NCBI GenBank assembly: GCA_951406725.2
Contig: OX597831.1
Span: 70,990,001-71,054,000, forward strand
DNA from: Octopus vulgaris
Lineage: Eukaryota
Length of the DNA stretch: 64,000 nt
Direction of reading: 5' to 3'
The stretch's first letter is position 1. Every line of letters starts with the position of its first letter. Made by a program: the position numbers and the translations under genes. Positions 14,070 through 27,227 of the stretch are shown here, one piece after another. The notes beneath the pieces were generated by a model. That model had not been told where the DNA came from, did not search any database, and saw only the letters and a program-made list of their open reading frames with translations.

Positions 14070-14301
14070 TGTGATTAATAAAACTTTTTGTATATTCCAT
14101 CTTTCTTCTTCCATTTACCATATATATATATGTGACCTCGTGTGTACCGCTGCCGAGATAGTGTGTGTACACATATTGATATATATATATGTATATATAT
14201 ATGTGTGTGTGTGTATATGTATGCATATATATGTATGTATACATATATATATATGCATATACATACATAGATATATATATATGTACGTATGTATATAGAT
14301 G

Positions 14302-14361
<60 letters not shown>

Positions 14362-14396
14362 GATGTATATGTGTGTATATGTATATATATATATAT

Positions 14397-14447
<51 letters not shown>

Positions 14448-15027
14448 CAGACACACATATATATGAATGTATATATATATATTCCTATATATGTGTGAAA
14501 GTTCCATTTATCCTTTACTTTGGAGGTTTCCAAAGGGGTGATTTCTACCAAAGATTCTTCATATTTCATTGGTAGCTTACTGGCATAAGATTTTGTAACT
14601 ATGAAATTATTACATGTATAAGGTATGAGATGAGAATTTATGGAAAAGTATCCCATAGAAACTCAACAGTCTGTTACAGATGGAGAAGAGATGTTAAAAT
14701 TTTTTAAAAAGTATCTTAATACATACGTACGATCATTTCAAACAGCAATATTAACATGTACATAACATGGTAGAATAATTAGAAATTAATTAAATTAAAT
14801 TGAATTAATTAATTACATATTACTGTTCTCCTCAGTGCAGAAAAAGAATGCATCAAAAAATTATTATAATTATTATAATTATTACAGAAGGCTTGATGGA
14901 AGAAGTAGCAAATAACATATTCGGATATCCATATTTTATCCTTATGGATGAGCATGAGCATACTCAAAAAAGATCGTTGTTGAGTCTAGTTGGGAAAGAA
15001 TTAAAATTGATGCAGCTAACAGTTATA

Positions 15028-15073
<46 letters not shown>

Positions 15074-15095
15074 TATATTCGTTTTTTCTTTTATT

Positions 15096-15546
15096 CTTTT
15101 ATTTGTTTCAGTCATTTGACTGTGGCCATGCTGGAGCACCGCCTTTAGTTGAGCAAATCGACCCCAGGACTTATTCGTTGTAAGCCTAGTACTTATTCTG
15201 TCAGCCATTTTTTACTGAACCACTAAGTTACGGGGACATAAACACACCAGCATCGGTTGTCAAGTGATGTTGGGGGCACAAACACATACATATATATCGA
15301 GTGTTATACTAATACATCTGTTTATTGTTTACACCACCTGTCTTCATCTTTTGCTTTTTCGTGAATTCTCCCTGTATATGTATGACGGGCTTCTTTCAGT
15401 TTCCGTCTACCAAATCCACTCACAAAACTTTGGTCGGCCCAAAGCTATAGTAGAAGACACTTGCCCAAGGTGCCATGCTGTGGGACTGAACCTGGAACAA
15501 TGTGGTTGGTAAGCAAGCTACATACCACACAGCCACTCCTGTGCCT
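15096..15546 (-). mobile_element. SINE family A carrying a ~77-bp foreign insert in its microsatellite
   Basis: Full SINE colinearity; 15299-15375 matches the 3' part of the repeat at 5260-5340. Confidence 0.85.
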
Positions 15547-15554
15547 ATACATAT

Positions 15555-15744
15555 AAGGGAATACCATTACAAAAATTTTTTGGTGTGCAAAAAGATTTCG
15601 CTGCTATTTCTTGCATGCCCTGCTACCACATAACAGGTATTTCAGGCCTTTTATTACACATAGCTGTTACAGGGTAGCATGGCATGCTAGAAATAGCAGC
15701 CAAATCCTTTTGCACTCAAAATATTTTTGTAATGGTAATCCCTT
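15555..15744. mobile_element. Fold-back (palindromic) MITE-like element
   Basis: ~72-bp arms that are near-perfect reverse complements around a ~45-bp spacer. Confidence 0.7.
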
Positions 15745-16439
15745 GGGGCGATCTTTCACTTTGACTGTCATCAGCTGGTTTTGTTTGTTATAATTTCCGT
15801 AAAAAACTTTTATTCATTTACTTTTATTTAAAGTGAAAGAGAGGAAAAAGTGAAAGATGAAGGAACATGTATATGTAATGGACATGTGTGTGTGTGTGTG
15901 CATGTGTGTGTGTGTGAGAGAGAGAGAAAGAGTGTGCCGCTTGCACATACATGATAAAACAAATGTTCACTCACTCACTCTCTCCCTCACACACACACAC
16001 ACACATGTGCACATGCATACAAAAAAGATGTACACATATGTATTGATGTATGTATGTATATCTGACAGCAAACCCCTTCACCCACTCTCTTTCTCTCTCT
16101 TTTTCTTTCTGTCTCTCTTCCTCTTTCTCTCTCTTTCTTTCTCTCACTCTTTCACACACACACACCTCTCTTTCATATACACACACATACATCTTTCATT
16201 TTCTCCTCTATTTCAATTTAAAACAAAAGTTAGTTAGTTAGTTAATTCTTTGGCTCAAAAAGTAAATAGATAAAAATTTTTAACAGAAATTAATGACTTG
16301 AAAATAATTTTAAAAGCTCATTAAAATATTGTCTGTTTAAAGAAAGCTAAAATATAAATACTTACTGTACAAACACTGCATTTCCTGCCAGGCAGTGAGC
16401 CAACTCAAACTTGGAATGCACAAGCAAAATGTAGACTTC

Positions 16440-16640
16440 TTAACCCGCATGCAATACTAATATATTCTACCTGCTTTATGTGCAAACCAGCCACATTAAT
16501 CCTCTCACACTTACCCTACAATGTCATTCAAAAAATATACATTCACATCATTGAAATCTTGAAGCTACAAGATTAATTCAAAGCAATGTGAATAAATAAG
16601 CATTACATTTGACAAAGGAATCTGAATGCTAAAGAGTTAA
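16440..16640. mobile_element. piggyBac-type MITE, family P1
   Basis: TTAA-CCC ... GAG-TTAA; interior matches 17337-17560. Confidence 0.7.
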
Positions 16641-17336
16641 TATAATAATTTAAATACTGCTTTTTAAAGTTTTAAGGAACTACCTGTATAAGGACTTAGA
16701 ATTACAAATATACAGATTGAAGCTCGACTATTATAACGTGCTAATCACTAGTGTTATAATGTCCTAAACACTACAATTTAATGGCCTAAACATCACCAAT
16801 ATACTGGCTTAAATCTTCAAATACAATGGTCTAAATATTGCCAATATAGCAATTACTTAAATTTAATGTTGCTAAGCTTCAGTTGTCAGTATGTGTAAAG
16901 CAATTATTTATCAAGTTCCTGTTTCCAGCGAGACTTCACTGACAATCCCTTCTCCTGTGTCTGGGCGGGATGAGCAAACTTGTAGCTGTCAAAGAGATTC
17001 ATAATGTTTAGATTACTTGTGTTATGATGAGTTTATCAATATTTGATTACTATCACTAATTTGACATCTAAACCAGAAGCTGTCTTCCTCTCTGTGCCAG
17101 TTTATAAAGATGAAAAAAATATTCAAAACTTTTCTGATATGATTGTTTGTGATATTCCTGTTGTGTTGCTATTTAGCCTTTTGTCATCCCTGATACAATG
17201 GACCTATGATCAAAGGTGTCCCAAATGTCATTGTCTTGTCTATGCTTCATAGGATAGATATCTCAGACTACACGCGTTGAAATATCTATTGATGCACACA
17301 TTGCAAAGCTCCCTTTTCAAGATGGTAGGGTGGGAC

Positions 17337-17560
17337 TTAACCCATTAGCATTCAAACCGGCCATATCCGGCCAAAATATTTAACCTGTTTTATATTGAAA
17401 CTGACCAGCTCTCGCCTCTCACCTCAGCCCTACTATGTCATTCTAAAACTAAAAAAATATCTGAAATCTCTAAATTACAAGATAATGCATGATTAATTCA
17501 AAACAATATAAATAAACAAATATCACATTTGACATAATAATCTGAACGCTAAAGGGTTAA
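17337..17560. mobile_element. piggyBac-type MITE, family P1, intact
   Basis: TTAA-CCCATTAGCATTCA ... TGAACGCTAAAGGG-TTAA; ~14-bp TIRs with TTAA on both sides. Confidence 0.85.
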
Positions 17561-17762
17561 GGGAGATTTGGTGGTGATGTCACCTTCCTTGGAATGTCTG
17601 AGCCAATTTTGTACCACACATTCAATGATAGATCCTGGGCTTTCTGCATCATTAATTTCTTTCACCGCTGCTCTTTTTCTGCAGGTTGTGTAAAATGGCT
17701 TTAATTGTAAATTTTCACCACTCATTATCAGAGCTGCAAAATCAAAAATAAAGAATTAATGT

Positions 17763-18335
17763 TTGAGAATCAGCTGAAAAGTTTATAGACTGACCAAGAT
17801 ACTCTTAAAGAGGTTTGTTTTTCAACATAGTCCTCCCTGCAGTCCACAAACTTTTTCCATCGGTGTTGAGGTGCTTGGATCTTATTGGTGAACATGATTT
17901 CATCCTGTTGCTCAAAAGAGTCAACAGCAGCTATGGCATCATCATCATCACTGCGATGGTGGTTTCCACCCAAGTGTTTTTTCCTGCTGGGGAATAGATG
18001 ATAGTCAGATGGAGCTGAATCAGGAGAATAGGGAGGCTGATCAACCTGTTCAAAGCCACAATCACTCACAGCAGCCATTGAAGCCAAAGACTCATATGTT
18101 GGAAAGTTGCCCTGATGAAACAAGACACCCCCTTTTATCAGTTTCTCTGAGCATTTGGTCTTGATAACCTTTTTATAACTGCCTCTGCAAGTTGGCAAGG
18201 TGTAGCCCTTTTGAAGAAAGTCAATAAACGCAATGCCTTTTGCATCCCCAAAAAACTGAGATTATTACCTTCCCTCAGATGGAACGACCTTGACCTTCTT
18301 CAGAGAAGGTGTGGAGGAGGGTTTCCAGACTATGG
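17763..18335 (-). pseudogene. mariner (DD34D) transposase, C-terminal remnant
   Basis: GKVIISVF.DAKGI, GVLFHQGN, QPPYSPDSAPSDYHLF, HRWKKFVDCREDYVEK; frameshifts present. Confidence 0.9.
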
Positions 18336-18429
18336 ACACTAGTTAGTCAACATTACTCTGTAAAGCCATAGGGCCATGACTTTTTCATGACAGTGGATGC
18401 TATGTTGGGCTACCGCCATGATTTCAGAC

Positions 18430-18570
18430 CAAGAGGTCTCCTTAAGGTGTGATGGATCCAACCTCATTTCCTTTTCAGAATCTATTGATTGATGGGAGTT
18501 TGATTCTTCAGTCCCACAGATTTTGTTTGAAATTTTGTCTGGCCACCAGATCTTGAGGATGAAGTGCATA
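18430..18570 (-). pseudogene. RTE-clade LINE ORF fragment
   Basis: ILKIWWPDKISN followed in a shifted frame by ILKRK*GWIHHTLRR (cf. RKWxWIGHTLR). Confidence 0.6.
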
Positions 18571-18574
18571 TGTC

Positions 18575-19128
18575 ATCATGATCATCATGATCATCATGAT
18601 CATGATCATCATCATCATCATCATCATCATCGTTTAACGTGCATTTTCCATGCTAGCATGGGTTGGATGGGTCGACCGGAGTCTGGGAAGCCAGGAGGCT
18701 GAACCAGGCTCCAGTCTGATCTGGCAGTGTTACAGCTGGATGCCCTTCCTAATGCCAACCACTACGGGAGTGTAGGGGGTGCTTTTTACATGCCACCGGC
18801 ACAGGGGCCAGAGGAGGCTGGCAACGTCCACGTTTGGTTGGTGCTTTTTACATGCCACCAGCACGGATGCTAGTCAAGGCAGTGCTAGCATAGGCCACAT
18901 TCGGATGGTGCTTTTTATGTGCCACTCGCATGAGTATCACAACTACAATTTCCATTTGATTTTAATTTAGATGTTGATGTACTTGACTCAGTAGGTCACC
19001 TCAAGTACAGCAGGTCACCCTACGATCCAAGGTAAGCACAGCAGGCCATCCTGTGAGCCATGAACTCATTTCATTTGTTTTGGTCTTCACAGTCACAGCA
19101 TATCTCTAGAGGACTCGTCTTTCATCAA
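18575..19128 (-). mobile_element. RTE-clade LINE 3' end with (GAT)n tail
   Basis: Same 3' terminus (ccaacccatgctagcatggaaa...ttaaacgatgatgat) as the coding RTE fragment at 30390-31148. Confidence 0.75.
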
Positions 19129-19214
19129 ATAGTATGAAAAGAAAACATACCTGTATGGCTGTAATGAAAGAACATAATTGCAAAAAAACAAAACAGATGT
19201 AACATGAAAGGTTA

Positions 19215-20400
19215 ACTCTACAACTTTTATTTGGTAACAATGATAATCTCATCTTTTCCAAATTGCTCACTAGTGGTGCTGTTATTCAAGAGGGTGACAT
19301 TGGTAAGAGAGAAAGCATAGCCTGGGTTAGAATACACAAAAACTTCATCAGAGACATTTTCACACCAAATTTGGCAAAGAATTACTTCATCATCATAACA
19401 ACATGAAGTAAATGAAACAGTTTGAGGAGATGTGCTGCTTGTGCAAGTGAAACGCACAGGACGGCAATCTATCAGCAACAGAATGGAGGAAAACCTTCAT
19501 GCAAGTTACTTAAGAAGCTCAAAGAAGTCCACCCATCATGCTAGCAGAAAACTTCATGTGCCACAAGCAGCAGTGTGGCACATGTTACACAAGCATCTGG
19601 AGTTTAAGACTCACAAATTTCACAAAAGACAAACCAAAACAGGATGAGTTGTGTGGATTTGCAAGTATGGCTGAAGGCAGATAGTTTCAGGAATAGATTC
19701 AGGTTTATTGACAAATCCACATTTCACCTAAGTGGTGAAGTGAACACACATAATTTGAGATTTTGGGACGTGACAAATCCACCTGCTATACTGAAACATG
19801 AAAGTGATTCCCCAAAGGTAGCCATTTTCAATGTCATAACAAATTGAAGAGTGTTTGGGCCTTTCTTCATCATGGAGTCCACCATTACAGGGAGTACCTA
19901 CCTTGACATGCTGTCCATTTGGTTGTTGCCCAAGCTAGAAGAAGAGCTATCCAAATTCATTATGCAACAAAATGAGGCCCAACCACTTTGACATAGACAC
20001 ATACGTGATTACCTCAACCAGCATCTTCCAGACCTCTGGATTGACTACGCTGAGGTGAAAGATTTGGCATTGAAGGTCTAGCACCCTCAGATCGGGGACT
20101 TGGGGGTGCTAGACCTACAACTTTTTATTTTGGGGTATTCTGAAAGATCAGGTGTTCATACCCCCACTTCCACATGACTTACAAGAAACATGTTTGACTT
20201 GACTCAGTTGATCAGGCTATGGTGGTATGGGTGTGCCAAGAACTAGACTATCATGTAGACGTCTGCCATGTGGCAAAGGGCACCCACATTGAACGTCTTT
20301 AACTGTCAGTGTAAACTTGTAGAATTAACCTTCCCTGTTATGTCAGTGGGTGGGAGTGCAAAATTAATAACCAAGTTAAAATGAGCGATTTATGATTCCT
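19215..20400 (+). mobile_element. Decayed Tc1/mariner-superfamily element, rosa/DD41D-like
   Basis: FIDKSTFHLSGEVNTHNLRFW, ESDSPKV, VFGPFF, TITGSTYLDML, IRDYLNQHLP, ELDYHVDVCHVAKGTHIERL*; many stops and frameshifts. Confidence 0.8.
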
Positions 20401-21369
20401 CATTATTTTCTCCCTACCTGTTTGAAATTATTGCATTGGAAGTAAAGCATCATCCCTTTGTACTGTTGCATCATCTTTAGGAGCAAAATTTGGTCAACAT
20501 TGTTGTTGTTATTGAAGTTCAGAGAGTTTGAAACATAGACGACAGGTACAAGAAATTTTTCCTCAACTGTGACCCAATTGTTATTGAGGTTGCTAATTAA
20601 AATATCTGGATAATTTTTGGTGTTTAACAATCAATATTCTTATCTCTGTTGGACTCCATGCCAATTTTTTCCCCATACTAATGTCTAATTGGATAACTTT
20701 CAAGTTTCAAAAATGTTATTTAAAATGGGATAAATTGAGTAATGACTAATTTCAATAATTTTTTCTCTTTGACTGCTTGATGAGTAAATATATCAGAAAG
20801 GGAACAACTCCAGCAGATAGGCAAGAAGATATAGAGAATATTTCATGTTGAGCTTTTCGATTTAGTCAAGTTTCATTAATGTCAAATCATGTGTCATTTT
20901 TTGATGATCCTCCTTCATTTGACCAGAGTATTTAAAATTTTTTACACCATTTCTGATCGTTCTGATGTCCAAGGATGGATATTGATGTGCATGAGTTTGT
21001 GTTCGAATGTAATGCTAGAGAACTGAAAAGGCAAAGTTACCTTCTCTTGGCTTACTCATTTTGCCCCACATAGATTTGCTCTTTATATTCTTGGAGGACA
21101 GTGATAATTTTCTGAAATAGTGTTTGGATATGTTATAGTGTTTCTTATGCCCTTAGAGAAGGTCATTTGCTTAGCTGATAGGGTTTTGGTAAGGTAGTGA
21201 ACATTTGTAAAACTTTTTTCTTGAAGCCAAAAATGCAGTAAATATGATTCATTGTGCTCCCCCCACTATTTTTGCAATATATTCTTTATGGCATTCACAG
21301 GTATATTTTTTCTTGTACCATTCATTTTGAATTACCCTTCATATGTATAGTATGTCTACATTCTTTCCT

Positions 21370-21748
21370 TTACTCTTTTACATGTTTCAATCGTTTTACT
21401 ATGACCATGCTTGAGCACCACTTTAAAGGATTTTAGTCAAACAAATTGACCCCAGGACTTATTCTTTGTAAGCCTAGTACTTATTCTATCGGTCTCTTTT
21501 GCTGAACTGCTATGTTACAGGGACCAACACTGGTTGTCAAGCAATGGTGAGAGACAAATGCAGACACATACACATTAATGTGTATACATATATATGACGA
21601 GTTTCTTTCAGTTTCCATCTACCAAATCCACTCACAAGGATTTGGTCCAGCCCAAGGCAATAGTAGAAGACAGTTTCCCAAAGTGCCACACAGTGGAACT
21701 GAACCTGAAACCATGTGGTTGGAAAGCAAGCTTCTTACCATACAGCTA
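21370..21748 (-). mobile_element. SINE family A, diverged copy
   Basis: Colinear similarity to young copies. Confidence 0.8.
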
Positions 21749-21775
21749 TATATATTATTTCTCTCTCTCTTTCTC

Positions 21776-21820
<45 letters not shown>

Positions 21821-22189
21821 GCACACACACATACATACATACATACACACACATACTTATATACACACAGGTACGTATACACACATACATGCATACACAC
21901 ACGTACATACATACAAACACACATACACACATACACACATACACGCATGCATGCATACATACACACATACATACATACAAACATACATACATACACACAT
22001 ACACACATACATGCATGCATGCTTACATACATACATACATACATAGTCTTAACTGAACGCATCAATAGATTTATAGTTTGACATTTAAAGACAATAAAAC
22101 AGTTCAAACCATTTCCGTATCTTCCTTTCTGCAAAGCTTACATGTTCTTACATGCTTTACATTTTCCTCTTATTATATTCATATTTATT

Positions 22190-22800
22190 CTTCATAGCTC
22201 TACAAATGGTCAGTTTACATGCATCAGCAGATCTTAGAATCATTCTCAATACCCACTCATGACTTGTGATAGATTGTACCATTTTCCTTTGATTTTGTAT
22301 CCATATTTCTCCCTAACATCCCAGGCATCTTTTTTCTCCAACCGTGAAATATTTTCAATTCTATTCTTTTTCATCACTTTCACGCTTTCATATATTTTGC
22401 TTGGAATCATTGACTCTTTCCTACACTTTTCACCCCATGTCCTGCTAGTTTTAGTTATTTTCATTTGTATTAGTTACTTGTTCTTGCATTGTAATTACAA
22501 ATATTTCTGCATATCCTTCTAGTTCTCCATATTCAGCAAAGGCTATAATTCATTTCCTCTCTCTTAATATATCTTTACTTTGCTTGGCATACAACCATAC
22601 AATGCCTTTTCTTTCAAGTCTCTCATCTTTCCTACTTTTTCTTTCTTCCTTAATATCTTTTTTGCTCTGAAGACGCATTCACCATCAATACTTTTTTGGC
22701 TACACATGTAAACTTTTCCTCTCATACATATCTAGTCCTACAATAGCTAACTGCATTGTGTCTGTTACACTGAATAATCTTTTGCCTCTCTCTTCTTCTT
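22190..22800 (-). pseudogene. Highly decayed non-LTR retrotransposon fragment (R4/Dong-like C-terminus)
   Basis: LKEKALYG, GELEGYAEIFVITMQEQVTNTN, WDVREKYG..KWYN, END, TDH occur in the order of the recalled motif series EKxLHG / GxLKxETExLIxAAQxQxLRTN / KWYEH / ENE / QTDH. Confidence 0.45.
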
Positions 22801-22812
22801 TCTTCTACATAT

Positions 22813-23243
22813 AGGCGCAGGAGTGGCTGTGTGGTAAGTAGCTTGCTTACCAACCACATGGTTCCGGGTTCAGTCCCACCGTGTGGCACCTTGGGCAAGT
22901 GTCTTCTACTATAGCCTCGGGCCAACCAAAGCCTTGTGAGTGGATTTGGTAGATGGAAACTGAAAGAAGCCTGTCGTATATATGTATATATATATATATA
23001 TGTGTCTGTGTGCGTGTATGTTTGTGTGTCTGTGTTTGTCCCCCTAGCATTGCTTGACAACCGATGCTCATGTGTTTATGTCCCCGTCACTTAGCGGTTC
23101 GGCAAAAGAGACCGATTGAATAAGTACTGGGCTTGCAAAGAATAAGTCCTGGGGTCGAGTGCTCGATTAAAAAGGCAGTGCTCTAGCATGGCCGCAGTCA
23201 AATGACTGAAACAAGTAAAAGAGTAAAAGAGTAAAAAAGAGTA
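22813..23243 (+). mobile_element. SINE family A, full length
   Basis: ggcgcaggagtggctgtgtgg head through (aagagta)n tail. Confidence 0.92.
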
Positions 23244-23833
23244 TACAATTTACCAACACTATTTCATGGATCTAATTCATTGTGATACGTTCAGAAATTT
23301 TGATGCCCCTTTAAAGGTTGGGCTCCATCATGGCCTAAAATAAGATCTCTAAAGCAAACCAAAGAACTAAAAAGCTATCAATTATATCAAATATGGTTTG
23401 CATCCACTAAAAGATTCTTTCATCAATATATAATAAGCTTCTTCTTGCTTATAATAACCTTTCGTATTATTTCAGCTTATCTGCTAATAGATACTCCACT
23501 TCTATGTAGAAGTATCTTATCTAATATCAACCTTCCCTGCAGCATTGTGCTTAAATCTATATGCCTCAGGTGCATTAAATATTTCTTAATGCATATTGAA
23601 TAGCTGGAATGACACACCATCATTTGAATAAATGGCTTAAATATACATCTATTTGCCACAAACACATATACACACACTTCTCCTTTCTTTCTTCGTTTCC
23701 TCATGTTTTAAATTTTATTTCCATATTATCATTACCATGTGTGACATATTAAACTTATCAACTTTCTTCAAAATGTCTATGTTATAAACACTTACTATCT
23801 CAGAAGCTTGTATTATCTCCCACTCACACAAGG

Positions 23834-23886
<53 letters not shown>

Positions 23887-23929
23887 TGTGTATATATACA
23901 TATATATATAAATACATATATATATATAA

Positions 23930-24016
<87 letters not shown>

Positions 24017-24017
<1 letters not shown>

Positions 24018-24395
24018 CTCCTTTACTCTGTTACTTGTTTCAGTCATTTGAGTGTGGCCATGCTGGAACATCACCATTTAGTTGAAGAAATCGATCCCCT
24101 GGACTAATTCTTTGTAAGCCTGGTGATTATTCTATCGATATCTTCTGCCAAACGACTAAGTTACAGGATTGTAAACACACCAGCATCGGTTTCTAAGTGA
24201 GTGGGGGGGGGAACAAACACAGACACAAATGCACACACACACACACATATATATATACTTCACTGACTTCTTTCAGTTTCCTTCAACCAAATCTACTGAA
24301 ATGGCTTTACAAGACGCTTACGACGTAGGGACTGAACGCGGAACCATGCATGTCATTGGGAAGCAAGCTTCTTAACACACAGCCAAGCCCGTGCC

Positions 24396-24396
<1 letters not shown>
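24017..24396 (-). mobile_element. SINE family A, diverged copy
   Basis: Colinear similarity with internal deletions. Confidence 0.75.
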
Positions 24397-24442
<46 letters not shown>

Positions 24443-24519
24443 GTATATAATTGTTTAACAGGATACAGCAAATATTAAGGCAAGGCAAACATCTCAAGTC
24501 AAATACAATTTTATTATAG

Positions 24520-24652
24520 GAAGACGAAGACGGGTGTGTAAACAACAAACAGATGTATTAGGTTAATGCCCGGGAAGTGAGAAAGTCTTTTATGTTTCAA
24601 GCCTATGCTCTTCGACAGAAAGTTTAGTGGCTAGCGATCTATCATGGTAAAT
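24520..24652 (-). mobile_element. Second copy of the hammerhead-like short repeat
   Basis: Reverse-complement match to 5140-5340; minus strand reads ctttctgtcgaagagcataggcttgaaacataaaag. Confidence 0.55.
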
Positions 24653-24665
24653 GAATATATATATG

Positions 24666-24700
<35 letters not shown>

Positions 24701-24701
24701 T

Positions 24702-24755
<54 letters not shown>

Positions 24756-24879
24756 TATGTATATAAATACATAGTGAAAGTAATTGAAATTGAAACCATG
24801 TAATAGTGAACTATTATATCACATTACAATAGAGATTTTATTGTTTCACTTTTGACATGTATTACCAAAACAGTGTATG

Positions 24880-25210
24880 AGATAAGAGATTGCTCCTGGC
24901 ATGCATTAGGCAAGATGTTGAAAACTTTTTTGGCCCATGACACTCAATGGACCTTAAGTAAAGTATGTGTAAAATTTGAAAGAAATCGGTTGGGTAGTTC
25001 CTGATGCACGCTGAATGGGTTATTTCCTTTGGCTATACATAAGTATTCCTTCTAGGGCCCCTATTAGCGTTTTTTTTTCACCAATCTGAGTATGCCATGA
25101 GGTTTCTAGACATAAGTTCTACTCACATGTCAAGTTTCATCAAAATCAATAAAACGATGGAGGAGGAGTTAGCTAACAACTCCACAAACACACCATCAGA
25201 CAGAATTTTG
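24880..25210 (+). mobile_element. Possible HINE/DINE-1-like non-autonomous element
   Basis: Repeated aaatttgaaagaaatc / aagtttcatcaaaatc cores, then ggaggagttagc and a cagacag end; pattern recalled from molluscan interspersed repeats. Confidence 0.35.
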
Positions 25211-25559
25211 CACATAAATCCTTAAAAATGTTTCAGCCCGAAGGCTGCAGCCATGCTGGGGCACCACCACTGAAATATGAAATATATATATATATATATA
25301 TATATGTATTTAAATAACGAGGGAGATAAATTGAATATTAATTTAATTAATATCAATTTAAAACCAGTAGCCTAGCGTATAGAAAATCTGAAAAGTCAGA
25401 AAAAATTTCAATACATGTGTATATTTAGGGATAACCACTAGGTGGATAACCAATATGCTAGAAGAAGATCACATACGATCTAACTACAAAGAAAAGAATG
25501 TTCTCTAGAGAAATTCTTCTCTAGAGAACATTCTTCTAGCATATTGGTTATCCCTAAAT

Positions 25560-25590
<31 letters not shown>

Positions 25591-25899
25591 ATGTCTTTAT
25601 TTGTGAATTAAGGCTACCATTTCATGTTAAGAACAGCAGGAAAATATTCTAGTGTCTTGACAATTTTTCAAGCTGATCACAAGGAGAAAGGTGTCCGCTT
25701 CCATTTTAGAAAACTCTTGCTTTGTTCACTAGATTTCTCGTAAATTCACCTACATAAAACAATGAATCAAGGGACTTAAGTCATGTCTTTTGGATGTTTG
25801 TCTCCCTTGGATTCGTCTTTTGCGTAATTTTTATTTGTGGTTAATTTGTTTGCATTATTATTCTTTGTTTGAAATTTGTGTGCTATGTGTGTTCACATT

Positions 25900-26574
25900 T
25901 AGGAAAGGGGCTATCAACTACGATATGAACATCGAAAGAAGGTGGAATAAGCAACCCCCAGATAGAATGGAAAGTTATTGCTAAAGTCAAAAAATACAGA
26001 GGACAGGTTACCAAATGTGAACTTCGTATTACTGAAAAATTACACATTACACAATCAACAGATAACATCTTAAATACTGGGGAGGAAATCTTCTCCACCT
26101 GCTTACACAAGCAATATTTTACACTCAAATATTTCAAAGAAGTGACCCTACATATGAGGATAACCCTACCAGAATAGCCCCTTATCCCTCCCTTATCCTG
26201 ATAGGGATAAGGGGCTACCTTATCCCGACCACACACACACACTTCTGCACACATGCACACAAATACACACACACAAACAACACACATACACACACATGCA
26301 CACAAAACAAAAAATCTCAAACACACAGACACATACACATAAAAGCAAACATCATTAAAAAACACATACCCAGACACTCCCACACACAGCTGTAGATACT
26401 GAAAAGAAAACATCACACACACACATACATACACACAGGTGGAGACACTCAAAAGAAAACATCAAACCCACACATAACAAAAGGAAGGAAAATCCTAGGA
26501 CATTCATCACATCATACACACCCATCAACACACAGCTGATCACATTCCAAACATATTGAAAGGAGATTCAACAC

Positions 26575-26613
<39 letters not shown>

Positions 26614-26960
26614 ACACACACACAGGTGGATATAAAACCCATTCAATAAATGTTTTTAAGCCACTCCTTTGGTAGGAATCCACAGAAAATGTATTAGACA
26701 ATAAACAACTATACCCCCCTCTCTTTCTCTCTAACAATTTAAACGCTATACCAAACTATAATTAAAGAAGATTTCAATGAAAATCTCCAGACATGTTTTC
26801 GACTCCCAAACAGAAGTTAGAATGTTTTTACTTAAAATTTTTATAGATTTTTCTAATATTTGATAAGATGAGATTCATCATTGAAACTGGTAGCATTCTA
26901 TGTCTTTATATAAATTTTAAAATCATTTTATTAAATTATTTCTAAATTGAAATGTCTTAG
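25900..26960 (+). mobile_element. Penelope-like element remnant (GIY-YIG endonuclease C-terminus plus 3' region)
   Basis: IEWKVIAKVKKY..TKCELRITEKLHI..NILNTGEEIFSTCLHK at ~25963-26135 resembles PLE IxWxI..CxLCxxEK..LNxRxE..CxH; decayed hammerhead-like motif near 26865-26895. Confidence 0.65.
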
Positions 26961-26994
26961 ATTTACTTCTGTGTTATTTCCACCGCTATTTTTT

Positions 26995-27052
<58 letters not shown>

Positions 27053-27072
27053 ATATATATATATATCAATAC

Positions 27073-27129
<57 letters not shown>

Positions 27130-27147
27130 TATATATATATATATATA

Positions 27148-27190
27148 TCAATACATAAGTGTATATATATATATATATATATAAATCCCA

Positions 27191-27227
<37 letters not shown>

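Noticed and set aside
22813-22890. tRNA-like A/B boxes at SINE heads (also 35571 and 63885)
   Set aside because: They continue into SINE bodies and tails, and I could not build a complete cloverleaf
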